Source: Octopus sinensis
Taxonomy: Eukaryota
Direction of reading: 5' to 3'
NCBI RefSeq assembly: GCF_006345805.1
Contig: NC_043004.1
Span: 9,362,001 to 9,426,000 of the forward strand
Length of the DNA: 64,000 bases
Part shown: one piece after another, positions 38,630-53,196 of the stretch
How positions within the stretch are numbered: the first letter of the stretch is position 1
How the letters are laid out: each line of letters opens with the position of its first letter
Program-made: the position numbers and the translations under genes
The notes under the pieces: model-generated
Seen by the model: only the letters and a program-made list of their open reading frames with translations
Told to the model about the DNA's origin: nothing
Databases searched by the model: none

Positions 38630-39330
38630 AAAATAGTTCGAAAACGAGGGAGTTTATGCAACAAACTGAGGACGCTGGAAGTAACCTGAAACAAGAAACT
38701 GAATCGCTAATTGTAACTGTTCGGGATTAGGATGTTAACATGTGCTTAAGAAGGACAAAAATGTATGGAACTCAGCGAGCAAATGGAGAATGTGTGGAAA
38801 AGAGTACGAATTGATAAATTCTTAACTGGATGTAGTAAACCAGCACAAATAGAGCATAAGTGCAAGCATGGCAGTATTGGAGTGGAATATTAACCAAGTT
38901 TGTGAAGTAGATGTGACAGGAATGTTGTAGAGATCGTGAAGGTGACGAAGAAGAAGAAGAAGAAGAAGAAGAAGAAGAAGAAGAAGAAGAAGAAGAAGAA
39001 GAAGAAGAAGAAGAAGAAGAAGAAGAAGAAGAAGAAGAAGAAGAAGAAGAAGAAGAAGAAGACACTACGTGTTGTAAGCGATGTGGCTTCTTCATTTGAC
39101 ACCAGAGTAAATAAAAAGTGGAAAAAGAAAAAAAGTAGAGTATTATCGTATCTTAAAGCATGAAATCCTCAAATGATGGGACAGAGAAGTTAACAAAGTC
39201 ATGATAAAATCAATTATGATTGTTTTAATGGGAACAGCCACAATGATTCTGAAGGGTCGTTAATTTTGAACAGCCACAAATTGTGAAGAGTCGTTCATAA
39301 ACAAGAATTAGGTGCAGTACAGAAAATATA
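38630..39330 (+). mobile_element. Heavily degraded R4/Dong-type LINE fragment interrupted by (GAA)n
   Basis: LKQETESLIV..., W/CRMCGK, DVASSFDTRVNKK remnants; (GAA)n at 38946-39060. Confidence 0.6.
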
Positions 39331-39818
39331 TTCGTTAGTTTCAGCAAAAATTAGTAAGTTTTCGAGACAAGGCAAGAGAATATACGAAGAACAGCAAAAT
39401 CTTTTATAGAACTCATCGATGTTCTTCATCTTGACAGCAATAGGGAAAAAGGTTTTCTAGCTTTGGAACAATCGCCCAAGTTTAGCAATTCGCTACGACT
39501 TGTGCAAAATTAGAGCAAAAGCAGATAATTTTCAGTTCAAAATAGACTTTCTTAACAAAGAAAATAATAATAATTAAAGTGATAATATCAGACACGGTGT
39601 AAAATGGACATGCAGCGTTTAAAATGGAGTTACCAAAGTTTAAAAGGCAGAGTTTTGTTAGATATAGTTTTAGTATAAGAAGTGTAACACATGCATGACT
39701 GTGTGTGGAGTACACATTCAATCTATAAATCGACTGATGTACATACACACATACATACGTACATACGCAAAACACTTATGTATACATATATGCATATATG
39801 TATGCATATATATATGTA

Positions 39819-39920
<102 letters not shown>

Positions 39921-39964
39921 TATTATATATATATATATATATAATTATATGTATTTGTATATGT

Positions 39965-40235
39965 GGAGACGCAATGGCCCAGTGGTTAGGGCAGCGGACT
40001 CGCGGTCGTAGGATCGCGGTTTCGATTCCCAGACCGAGCGTTGTGAGTGTTTATTGAGCGAAAACACCTAAAAGCTCCACGAGGCTCCGGCAGGGGGTGG
40101 TGATCCCTGCTGTACTCTTTCACCACTCTTTCTTCTGTTGGCCTGCTCGCTTAGTCAGCGGGGTGGCGTCATTCGAAGGCTAAAAAAAAACAATGCGAAC
40201 GCATTGTGACCAGCGATGTGTAACTACATCTGATG
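39965..40235 (+). mobile_element. tRNA-derived SINE family 2
   Basis: ggagacgcaaTGGCCCAGTGGttagggcagcggactcgcggtcgtaggatcgcGGTTTCGATTCC...aacacctaaaagctccacgaggctccggcagggggtgg. Confidence 0.9.
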
Positions 40236-40351
40236 ACGTGATGTATGTATATATATGTATACATATATATGAACATATATGTGTATGTATATATGTACAT
40301 CAATCTATAGATTAACGCGTAATCCACACACAGTCATGAATATACTATATG

Positions 40352-40427
<76 letters not shown>

Positions 40428-40479
40428 GTATATGCATGACTGTGTGTGGATTACGCGTTTAATCTATAGATTGATGTAC

Positions 40480-40522
<43 letters not shown>

Positions 40523-40619
40523 CTTTATTTAAAAGCAGCAGAAACTCAACAAAACCTGTTACTCGGAGTTTCACGTTCCCCTTCGTCGGACAGTTGAATT
40601 TCTGCTGCTTTGAAATAAA
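40523..40619 (-). ncRNA. Type I hammerhead-like motif with U4C core inside a long stem (family C pseudo-LTR, to ~40710)
   Basis: Minus strand: ctttatttcaaagcagcagaaattcaa-ctgt-CCGACGA-agggaacgt-GAAA-ctccgag-TA-acag-gtttt-gttgagtttctgctgcttttaaataaag. ~24-bp distal helix I; predicted cut between 40560 and 40559. Helix II is degraded. Confidence 0.6.
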
Positions 40620-41554
40620 GCATATTACTCTACCCCTGGTATTTGAGTACTCTTTTTTCCACCTTGTTTCACATTTATGTGTTTACTCCGGTATATATAT
40701 ATATATATATATATATATACAAGACGTGCTATAATTATGTCGTGGCAATATAATAAGAAAAGCTTTCTGCGATAACACACACAGACTTAAATACACATCT
40801 GCACGCACACACACACATACATGTACGGACGCACACACTCATACATACGCGCGCGCGCGCATATTCAGTACGTAAGTATTAAAGATTGTCTGTGAAAATC
40901 TGAATGCAAAACCGAGGTATCTTTCTCTTAATTGATCTCTCAAATTCCTTTATATAAATACAGATACATACGAGTACACGCACGCGGACACAATAGACAA
41001 ACAATACATGTACTCGCACGCACGCACGCACACACGCACGCACGCACGCACACACGCATGCACGCACACACGCACGCACACACACATTTTGTTCAATTTG
41101 TCTCGCATTTTTTATTTATCAATATACATGTGTGTATTTGAATATACGTATGTGTGTTTATATGTATGTTTGTGTGTGTATATATATATATATATATGTA
41201 TACATATGCATATATGTATGTATATATTTATATATGTGTGTGTATGTGTAGCTATATTTAGCTGGAGAGAGACAGATAGATAGATAGATAGATAGATAGA
41301 GAAAAGAGGGGAGAGAGAAAGAGAGACAGAAATGAGGGCGCGTATATAATCTTAGGCATCAAACTATGTAAAGAAGACAGAAGGTAAAAAAACAGACGCA
41401 AACTAAAATGCGCCAAACTTTACATTAAAAAACTTCTAATCATCCCCTTCACGAACGACAACAACAACAACCATAACAACTACAACAACACACAAAACTG
41501 TATTGCTATTCATTCACTTTAAAAATGACTGATAATAATAATAATATCATAATA

Positions 41555-41558
41555 CAAC

Positions 41559-41589
<31 letters not shown>

Positions 41590-41615
41590 TAATAATTATA
41601 ATAATAATGATGATG

Positions 41616-41673
<58 letters not shown>

Positions 41674-41780
41674 TAATACTAATAATAACAAAAACAACAA
41701 TAATAGAACAAATAAATTAGAGTAATAATAATAGTAATAACAATCCTTGTTGTTGTTTTTATTATTATTATTACTAATTC
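41555..41780. repeat. (TAA)n microsatellite
   Basis: Direct inspection. Confidence 0.9.
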
Positions 41781-41989
41781 TACGGGCTTTTTTTAAAAAA
41801 AATTTTATGACTAGAAGAACATTCAATATATAAATTTATTTATTATATACGAAACCAAATTGAAAAAAGAAAAATAAACTAAATAAACAAAATGCAAAAA
41901 CAAACGAAATTTCAATGACTAAAAAAGAATGTTATAGGCTTTTTGTTTTTGTATTTTTTTAAATAGATTTCTTGGTGTGTTTTTTAAAA

Positions 41990-42266
41990 TTAGTTATTGA
42001 ATTCATTTCCGTATTTGTTCTTTGGTTTATTTATTAATATTTTATTTCTATTAAAAAACTTCTTTGTTAGCAATGAAGACACTTTGCATGAATTTACCAT
42101 TTTTCGCAATAAAAACCTTTTGAAGCACAATACAGATGGTTTAGAAAGCGACAATAACAGCTTCGCTCCCGCCTTTTTTCTGTTTCCTTCGCCAACTGCC
42201 ATCTTGCCGATACCACCGTCACCATCACCAGCATTATCTCTAGAACCAACGCCATTTAAAAGGGTG
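41990..42266 (-). CDS. Candidate host exon (unidentified; strand uncertain)
   Basis: Minus strand: gttattag| acceptor then TLLNGVGSRDNAGDGDGGIGKMAVGEGNRKKAGAKLLLSLSKPSVLCFKRFLLRK...*. The plus strand is also open, with a ttgttag| acceptor at 42070. Confidence 0.2.
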
Positions 42267-42919
42267 CTAATAACAACAGCAACGAAACAATAACAACATA
42301 AATAGCAGCAGTTTCTTCTGTAACATAACTACAACAATAAGAACAACAATCATATCTACAACAAACAAAAACAACTCGCAGAATTATTGCTAACAACAAA
42401 ATATGAAACGAAATTTCTACTATTTCAGTAAGTGAACCGGACAATAAGTTCTAGAAAATTAAATGGCGACATTACAAGTGTTCACACAATCGCGCACACG
42501 CATGCGAATGCACAGAGCGCGCGCGCACACACACACACTCACATACAGGCACGTGCACCTATATGTCTACTCTTGTGCGGATGTATATGTAGTATACATG
42601 TGTATATATATGTGTGTGTGTGCATGTATATTTTCATATTTCTATATATATATGCACACACAAACACCTATATGTTGGTATATGTGCATATGTGCATTTA
42701 TATATTTATATATATATATATATATTTAATAACGTATGTTTGTATAAATGTATATATATCTATATACGTATATATACATGTCTATGTGTGTGTGATGTCT
42801 GTCTATACATAATTATGTATGTATGTTTGTATGTTTGTGTGTGTGTGTGTATGTATGAAGTGTAAACGTATACGTTTTAGTTTCGTATATCTTTGCTATG
42901 AAAGTCTGTCGATTTTGAA

Positions 42920-42999
<80 letters not shown>

Positions 43000-43112
43000 G
43001 TATATATGCACATATCTGTGTATAAATTTATAAACATACATGTGTATGTACAATATACAACATACGTAGATCTCTGTATATAAACACATGTATAAACATA
43101 AATACGTATATA

Positions 43113-43187
<75 letters not shown>

Positions 43188-43744
43188 CTATATCTGTATA
43201 CATCTATTCATGACTGTTGTCGCCATGAAAAACACCATTATCATCATCAGCATCATCATCATCATCATCATTGTTAATTTTATTTATATATATATTTACT
43301 ATGATTCTACTTATATTTTTAAATTCCGAATCCTTTTATCATTTCTAGCAACAATAAAGACTATATTTCCCTATAGACTTGCAGATTAATAATAACAATA
43401 ATAATAACAACAAAACTAGCACCACCACCACCACCACCACCACCTTATCAACAATAATAATAATAATGATAATAATAACACTTTATTTACTTATATATTT
43501 ATTTTCATTGATTTTTTTTTTTAGCAATTCGGAAAAAGTGTATATTTATTTATTTATCTGTTCCCTTTCTTTCTTTACTTTTAACTTGTTTTTCTCAAAC
43601 CTAAGCATGTATCGCTCGTCGAGGAAAGCAATCGTGACACGTGACACATCAAAGACCTCACGTCTTCACAACGTAATACAAGACAAAATAAAATGGCGTA
43701 TAATTAAACAACTAAAAAAATGAGCAATAACAATATGCAACAGC

Positions 43745-43799
<55 letters not shown>

Positions 43800-43949
43800 T
43801 TGTGATGATGATGGTGGGCCGAGACTTGTGTGGGGTTCTGAAAGTTTGGGAGTTGCCGAAGCGTTTAAAAGTGAAAGTTTAATATTGTTAATCGGGTGTG
43901 TAAAACATGTCCGCTGTTCAATTCACTCATGCCAATCTCAACTTGACTT

Positions 43950-44945
<996 letters not shown>

Positions 44946-45681
44946 ATGTGGTTAGGGTGTGTATGTGTGAAATTATTTCTATTTCACAGCCGCCATCTTT
45001 TACATCACTCAGCTATTTTTCTTTATCTCCTTCTCCTCTTTGTCCTTCTTCGTTTTTCTTCTTCGACTTATCTCCATATATTTCATCTTCCCTCCACTTC
45101 TTCCTCTCCGATTCTTTTTCTTGGACCTCTTATATTTTATTCAGTTATTCTTGAATTCTAAGCTGCTCGTTCTTCTTCTTCTTCTCCTCCTCCTCCTTCT
45201 TCTTCTTCTTCTTCCCCACCTCCACCTCTCTTTCTTATTCTTCCTCTTGTTAGTTTTGCTGGTTTTGTGACTACTTTTTGTTCTGCCTCCTCCTGTTCCC
45301 ACCACTACTACTACTAGCTCTTTGTTATTGTTCTTGTTCCTATTCTTCGTCTTCGTCTTCATCATCATCATCATCACCATAATCTTCATGTTCTTTTTTT
45401 TTCCTTCTACTTCCGTCCTTCTTGCGTCTACCACCAAATGCAAATGGCGCTTCTCTCCATTACTCAGTCAAACCCTACAAACGTATCTTTCGTACACTTA
45501 TCTCATTTCTGCAATCGGATTTCTTTCTGCTAATCTGAAGTTAGTCTAAAAACCGAAATATCTTGAAAGACAACACATTGCTGAAGTTTAAAGTTTGCAT
45601 TCCAATAACGACACCAATCGCAGCCTTGGAACCACACCATTCTCATCCAGCCTTTCTTTCTCTCAACACGCGCACGCACAT

Positions 45682-45720
<39 letters not shown>

Positions 45721-46689
45721 CACTCCTTGTCTCCCCTTATCTTTTCCTTCCTTTCTTTCTCTCCCGTCTCTTTACTCTCTCTTTTCCATGTATTTTCCTT
45801 CTCTTTAATATTCATCCTCTTTCTTTGTCTTTTTCTTTTTCTCTCTTCTGTCAGTCTGTCTGCTGCTCTCTCTCTCTCTCCATTTCTCTTCTCTCTTTTC
45901 GCTCTATTTCTCTTCAACTCCCCCCTCTCTCTCTCTCTCTCTCGATAACTTCTCTCATCTGTTTTGTCCTTTTACGCCTTTCCTTGCTTTCTTTCGTTCT
46001 TTTCTACTTTCTCTCCCCTTCCCCGTCCCCATCTCTCTCTCTCAAGCTCTCTGTCTATTCGTCTATCTGTCTGGCTCTCTCCTTCATCTTTCTCATCTCT
46101 CTTTCACCCCCTCTCCTCTCTTAATCAACTCATCTTCTGCTCTTCTCAATGGCAGAGATTGGAATTTGTCTCCAGAATCTTCCCCGGAAGCTAAAAATAG
46201 ATTTGTTGTTAACCAAATGACACACATAATCTTTTTATTTATTTATTTATTTATTTATTTATTTTCCTTCTATTTCATTCATTTCTAATAGAATTACTTT
46301 AAAAACTATTTTCTCCTCTTTTCCTTCATTTTCTTTCTTTTTCTTTCACCTTCTTTTCTTCTCATCTCTTATGCGTTTTAGTATCAATATCAACAGAGTC
46401 AACACTATCACTATCAACATTATCGGTTATCAGCGCTATTGCTATCAACACTATTACAGCCAACACTATTGCTCCCAATATTATTGTTCCAAATGCTAAG
46501 AGTAAAAACACTTTTACTCTCACTTCTATCCCCCACCTCCACTCACTATCATTAACGGTTCTGAACCAACATTATCACTATCAATTCTATAAATACCTAA
46601 CATTTCCGCTCTCAACATATCCATTACCGACATTATCACTATCAATACTATTATTACTGCTTAATCAATATTATTTTTGTAACACTAAA

Positions 46690-46800
46690 GCGGCGAGATG
46701 GCAGAATCGTTAGCACGCCGGGCGAAATGCTTAGCAGTATTTCACTTGTCTTTACGTTCTGAGTTCAAATTCCGCCGAGGTCGACTTTGCCTTTCATCAT
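46690..46800 (+). mobile_element. SINE family 1 head
   Basis: gcggcgagatggcagaatcgttagcacgccgggcgaaatgcttagc...ttctgagttcaaattccgccgaggtcgactttgcctttcat. Confidence 0.9.
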
Positions 46801-47154
46801 TTTGTTGTATTTGTGGAAAGTCATTCTGTTTTAATGCCTTATTAATTAACCGGTTCAATTTCCCCTCATTTATTTTTTCTTTTCTAAAATTTTCGTTGCT
46901 TCTTGCAATCTCTTCGAGAGTTATTAACTGCCTGTTATCGTTTGTTAAAGTTCTCTCCTTCCCTTCTCAAATACTGCTCACATCTCAAAATCTCCTCCTT
47001 ATTAATCACAATTTTCCTTACTTCTAGTGACGCTGCCGTGCCTCAGTGACCTTCGCGTAGCGCTCCATAACGGAGGGACCACACAGCAAATGCAGCAGGC
47101 AGCTCGCACGAAACGCTTCACCAACAGTAACAACAACAAAAATAACAATAGTTT

Positions 47155-47591
47155 GGATCTTTTCGGTTTGAACGGCAGTTTTTTCTAGCAGTGTCATATG
47201 AAATTGTCACCCATAATTATGACCCTAATATCGATCTATTGCATTTCAATCTGTTTTGGGGTTAGGGTTAGTTAGGGTTAAGGTGAGGGTTAGGGGTGGG
47301 GGAAGGGTATATTTTTTCTTCACAAATGTAAATAAACCAAATCTGTTTCTTAAACGAGGGACATATTCATACGGCACAGAATGTTTTCACTACAATAGAC
47401 GGTCATTGATTGGTTGAAATTGCCGAAATGCAACAAATTAAAGACCAAATATCTTAGAAAATATAGAACTTTCTCAATAAAGCCAAGAGAAAAAGATGTT
47501 TTATAAACACATTCTACCAGTATACGAAATTTAAAATTTTTTAGAACCCTAGAAATTATGTTAAAAACTGCCGTTCAAACCGAAAAAATCC
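47155..47591. mobile_element. 437-bp MITE with 29-bp TIRs and 8-bp TSD (Merlin- or hAT-type)
   Basis: TIR ggatcttttcggtttgaacggcagttttt (1 mismatch to the right copy). TSD AATAGTTT at 47147-47154 and 47592-47599; termini GG...CC. Confidence 0.9.
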
Positions 47592-47659
47592 AATAGTTTT
47601 TACCTTCTTCACACAGAAGTCACAATATTTCTATAATAAACCAAAAAGCTGCTACATAA

Positions 47660-48200
47660 CTGTATTTCTTTATTTAGCACCACGGCCACAATACAGAGGG
47701 GGACACTACAAGGACAGACACAACACCACAATGGGGATATAAAACATAAAACGAATGAGAATGAAATGTTATATAAAAATGAAAAATGAAATGACTGCAT
47801 GGGCCCCATTCCCATGCAGTACCATTGGAACGTTTATACAAATTATTTACCATCGTTCTATTTTTCTACTGTTTTTTTCTTAATCTTCTCTTTTTTTCAT
47901 TGAAACACTTTTACTTTTCCCTTTTTTCTTTCAACAAAACAATTTTACTTACTCTTGTTTTTTTTTTTCCATTTTAATACCTCGGTTTCTTTATTAGCCA
48001 CAAGGGCCCAAACATAGAGGGGGACAAACAAGGACAGACAGGACACCACAGAGGGGACAATACATAGAACGAATATGATGAGATGATTATACAATAATGG
48101 GGTTATGAATGGCTGCATGCGCCCCTCATCACATGCATTACCATTAATCTTTTTAAACTGTCCGTTTTTATCATATATTTAACTAACACTTAATTATTGT
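47660..48200 (-). mobile_element. Two tandem Tx1/L1-like 3' ends
   Basis: Diverged direct repeats (47664-47830, 47985-48150). The second reads ...gtggctaataaagaaac on the minus strand, identical to the 3' end at 3758-3774; the first is a degenerate version. Confidence 0.6.
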
Positions 48201-49684
48201 CTACCATTACAGTTATTTGAACCGTTATATGTTCTCTAAAATTGTTCTTCTATTTTCCGATATTATTAAACATAACATAAAACACTTACTCTTTCTTTTT
48301 CCTTTTTTTTTTCTTTTTCCTTTTCTTTTTTCCTGTCCATTTGACATACTCATTTATTCCATTTTAATACTTCATGTAAGGCTCAAAAGCTACTACATAA
48401 CTGACTAGCAACAATCTGAACCATAACAATCAATTAAATTTAACACTATGATTTACGTCTAACACGACAAAAAACAACTCAAACCACCTGTGAAGGAAAC
48501 ATGAAAACAGTTTTCATGCTGTAAGGATGGAGTCCATTGTTAAAATGGGGGACGCTATAGTTATTAGCCAAAACTGGGAAACTATGACAAATTGGCTACA
48601 CCCTGGCAAACTTTATAAATAGAGATAATTTTACCAATCCAGTTTTTTTTTTTTTTTTAGTGACTGTTTATTCTGTGAGACAAATTTGTTAAATTGGATT
48701 TTGGAAGTTATGATTGCCTGTTTAGTTTATGCACTTTGTGCTTTGCATCTATGGATTTATTTTATGCTCCAGGAATTCGCCAGAACTTTCATCAGATTTA
48801 AAATTACTTCTGTGTCACATCTGGGCGAGTACAAAAAAAATCTAAGTTATGTTATGTTATAATATTTATGTGAACTTTGAACCCTCCATTAGTGGCAGGC
48901 TGTGTAATAATTCTGCTAGCTATTTTCTGTGAAGATAAATGTTAAAATTTGTATAGATAGATAAAGGGTGCATGAATTTGATTTTTTCAGGTAGCCAATT
49001 TCTTGTATTAGAGGGCTAACTATAAATGTTGTCAAATGGTTACTCAACAGGCTTGTATGAAGCAGTTTTGTGTGAATTTAAAGCAAACTACCTTTTTGTT
49101 TCATTATTTAATTTTTAAACTAATTATTGATGTAGTCTGGCAGCCGTTTTGTGTCATGAACTTTGTTTAAATGGCTGCTTTGACATTAGATTTAATTATG
49201 TTTAAGTCCATGGTTCGAAATCCAGGGATGAACACCGAATTTGTGAAGACGGATTTTATGAAGTAAAGGTTCGAAAACCGAATTTGTACTAAAATGGAAA
49301 TCCGGATTTTATGAAATCCAAAATTTTTGGAATGCATATTTTTGAAAAACCAAATTTGTGTGAGGCCAATTTTGGTGAAACCAAAACACGGGACACGGAG
49401 ACCGAATTTTTGAACTGTGTATATATGTTACCCTTGTAACGTTTGACTGCACGCATTTGCTGTTTGTTTGTGTATATATTTGTGTGTATGTAAGCTGTTT
49501 TTATGCTGACTATTAATAATATTTTACAAGAAAATTCATGGTATCCTCGTTGATTCTATAAATTCGGGTTATGGCCATCAAGTCGTAACAATGTATGTAC
49601 ATATGCATGTATGTATGTGCAAATTTGTATGTTTTATGTATGTATTTTCAAGCATATAGTTACATATCTAGACATGCTCATATA

Positions 49685-51215
49685 TATTGAAAGGATAAAC
49701 TTCTGGAAAGTTGTACAGATTTTACAGTTCCTGTGATGGACTGGATCTGTAGTGTTCGAATTAGCTTTCTCCTTTCAGGTTTTGAGAAGCCTAATTTTTG
49801 AAGATTGGTATTTAGGCAGTGTATTACATATCCCAGGGCCCCAATAATTCAGGTATTTACCTGAACTTGTAATTTGGATAGAGTAACTGCAGATTTCTCA
49901 GTACTTCAGCATAGGTATTCTCTTTTTACTGATCTTCAGCTTTATATTAACATCGCAGGGCAGCTAATTTCCACAACTGTACACAGTTTCTTTTCTCTAA
50001 CCCAAATCATAATATCTGATCTGTTGTGCTTACATTTCATTGAGGTCTTCACTGGTACATTCCACCAGTATTCCTTTTTATTATGAGTGCCTATGGCTTC
50101 TACCATATTGTGGGTTCTTATTTCTTTGTCCTCGGGATTATCTTTCCGACAGATTTCATTACAACGTCATGTCTCATCAGTAGATACTACCATGATGACA
50201 TTTTCGGACAACTGCTTATGATGTGGGTGATATCTTCAGTGTGAACTCCACAAAGTCTGCATCGGTTCTCACACTTTATGGTTTTACCGGCATCTCTATC
50301 CCTTTTGTGCATCAGGTACTTGGCTGATATTACCTGTTCCTGGATTGCAAACGCATACCCTTCAAAGTGAAACGTAGTAATCCGGCTGTTGGTCTATGAT
50401 AAACTGCTTTGAGGATCGAATACATCACAGGGCATGTATTTAAGTTTATCAGACAAAGAATGTTGTTCAAGGAGCTGCCTTTCAAGTCTTATGATGTTAT
50501 CAGCCCCATGTATGCAAACTTTGTCGAAGGATGCACTTCGATGCTTGGTGGTTAAAAGATGTTGCCGAAGGGATATGATGCGACATTCAAAGGCATTTTG
50601 GATCGATGTTATACCTCTACCGCCTTGTTTTCGTTTTAGGTAAAGGCGGTATACATCACTGTTAATGTGGAGATTATGTGTGCTTGTTAGTATTTTTCGG
50701 GTTTTTACGTCAATGGCTCAGATGTCATCGAGCGTCCAATGAATCAGCCCAAATGCTGGTATGAGTACTGGCACAGTAAATACATTGTGGGCCACAGTTT
50801 TATTGAATACAGAGAGTTCTGAGGTGCAGATGTTTTTTATTCGCCTGCAATATTCTTAAGTGACACATGTTTTGTTACAGGTGCTATTGTAAGATATATT
50901 TTCATCCACCCCTAGATACCTGTAACATTCCTCATCAGATACAGGGGAAACAGTCAAATCATTTATGGAGATGTTACTAGTCTGGTTTATAGTTTTACCG
51001 CTTTTCACAACCATATAACAACATTTATCCTGACCAAACGCCAATCCTTCGTCCTTTGAGAATGTTATCTTTAGGTCAAAGCTCTTTTTCATCTCATGCA
51101 TATTCTTTGCATAAAATTTCAAGTCATCCACAAAGAAACAGTGTGTAATTTTGGTATTCCTGTTTCCTTGTGAACCAGTGAGATATCCTTCAGACTTCCT
51201 TGACATGAATGATGA
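49685..51215 (-). mobile_element. R4/Dong-type RLE LINE, 3' half of ORF, degraded
   Basis: KITHCFFVDDLKFYAK, FGQDKC, YRYLGVDE, GGRGITSI, EGYAFAIQEQ, CRLCGVHTEDITHIISSCP, RHD, IIGALG, QIQSITGTVKIC. Confidence 0.9.
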
Positions 51216-51373
51216 GGGGTTTACAGAAAGTATAAACATCACAGAGAGGCTGAACCCTTGGAATATCCTTTTGTGATACTGTATGCGTGTGTGTAGTATG
51301 TGTGTAATTGTGTTTGTACCCCTGTCTCTGTGCATGTGCATACACATGTATGTATATATATATATATATATAT

Positions 51374-51407
<34 letters not shown>

Positions 51408-51689
51408 GCGTGTGTGCACGTGTGTATGTATGTATTCTGCATATTCATGTGTTTGTGTGTGCGTGTTTGAGTATGTGTTTGTGTGTGTGTGTATATGGTC
51501 ATGTATCTGTCTCCTTTTGTGTATGTATGCATGTGTGTGTACATGCGTAAGTGTGTGTGTATGTACTTGTCTGTCCATATTATCCATGTAATTACGTACT
51601 TATCTATATGGCTACTTACATACCCATTTACCTATCCATGTATGTATATATATATTCACCTACATAACAGCCTACTAACAAATACACTT

Positions 51690-51935
51690 GTGTAGGGATA
51701 CGGGTATTACTACCTACTGTGCATATCTCGTACTTAGTACAGTGGATGTTACATTCATGGGGACGTACCCCTGTATTTGCTTGACTGTTGTGTCCTTCGG
51801 GTGCTTGGATAAACCGCAGATGTCAAGTCGATCAATTGTGCCCCCATGTTGGTCTTTGGTATGTTGGTAGAGTATGGAGGACTAATTTTTGTTGTCATAT
51901 TGTCTCAAACGTTCATTTAACCTCTCCGCCATGCT
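51690..51935 (-). mobile_element. Penelope GIY-YIG 3' fragment (same family as 59840-61290)
   Basis: The reverse complement aligns to 61045-61290 (gagaggttaaatg...gagacaatatgac...aagcacccgaaggac). Confidence 0.8.
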
Positions 51936-52015
51936 GATATATATAGCCATGATGGATCGGTAGCCACTACACACATTTTTTGCTCTCCTTGTTTCTCACC
52001 TTGTTTTCTGTGTCC

Positions 52016-52051
52016 CTTTCTGTAGAAGAGCGTAGGCTCGAAACGTAAAAG
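52016..52051 (+). ncRNA. Ultra-minimal hammerhead-like motif, A6U core, helix III reduced to ACGU (family E pseudo-LTR, ~51945-52150)
   Basis: cttt-CTGTAGA-a-gagc-gtag-gctc-GAAA-cg-TA-aaag: helix I cttt/aaag, 4-bp helix II; the ACGU palindrome can only pair intermolecularly. Confidence 0.5.
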
Positions 52052-52146
52052 ACATTTTCAATTCCTGAGCGTTATACTAATACATCTGTTTGTTTTCTAC
52101 ATCACCTGTCTTCGTCTTTTGTTTTTTTTTTCGTGAACTCCCCCCC

Positions 52147-52182
<36 letters not shown>

Positions 52183-52237
52183 GAGCGAGAGAGTTAGTTA
52201 GATAGTGATAGATAGATATATAAATTGAGAGATACAT

Positions 52238-52293
<56 letters not shown>

Positions 52294-52294
52294 A

Positions 52295-53147
52295 CTAGGT
52301 GGTATGAAAAGGTTCCCAGATTAGTTATGCTTAATAAAATATAACTTATTCAAATAAGTTTTAGCATTATCTCCTTCGAAATGGTCACCTAGCGCAGCAA
52401 TACACCGTTCCCGGCGTTCCTACCACTTTTGGAATCCGGCCTGGAAGTCTGTGAGTCGAGGTCCTTCTGTGATTCGCTCTGGATCTCGACAATAGTGTTA
52501 ATACAGCGCCCCGTTTGATTTGCATTTTCATCCTTGGGAGAGAGATGGAAGTACACCGGTGCTAAATCTGGTGAATAGGGCAGGTGTAAAAGTGATACGA
52601 AGTTGTTTTGGGGAAGAAACTCACGAGTGAGGAGAGCTCGGTAAAGAATCCAATTCTTCGCGCTCCATAGATTCTGTCACTTTTGCCGAATGTCCTCCCT
52701 CAAACGCTTAAAGACGTCGCAGTAGAACTCTCGGCAGACGGCCTGGCTCTAGCGAAATAGTTCTCGAGGCACAATACTACATTTCTGGGGGTGATCACTC
52801 ATTGCCTTCCAAGTATGTTCCTCCGCTTTTAAAGCGACCGTGCCACTCGAAACATTGCATACGCCCCAATGCCTCGTCTCTGTAAATCTACCGAAGCATA
52901 CTCAATGTTTCTGTAAAAGACTTCTTAAGCTTAACGCAAAATCTCAAGTGGTTCTTTGTGTTCCAACGTCTACAACATACACGCGATCATAAAAACCCAA
53001 ACGTCACAACTTGCGAAGTAAACAAATCAATGTCACTCAGTACCCTCCCTCATGCAAGTCACTGCTAGCTCTGATTACGCCCGCTTCGTGTGCTGCCATC
53101 TGTTCGCGCGCTACAGAACTAGTCTGGGAAATTTTGATACCACTTCA
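52295..53147 (-). mobile_element. Internally deleted mariner transposon
   Basis: TIRs (ta)ctaggtggtatgaaaaggttcccagattagtt / aactagtctgggaaattttgataccacttca. Frameshifted C-terminal PYSPDLAP..F.LFPRMK-like remnant. Confidence 0.75.
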
Positions 53148-53159
53148 TGTGTGTGTGTG

Positions 53160-53196
<37 letters not shown>

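Noticed and set aside
48400-49430. Possible LINE 5' region (MDLNIIKSNVK on the minus strand) and short aaattcgg-like repeats
   Set aside because: Too degraded to assign a family with confidence.
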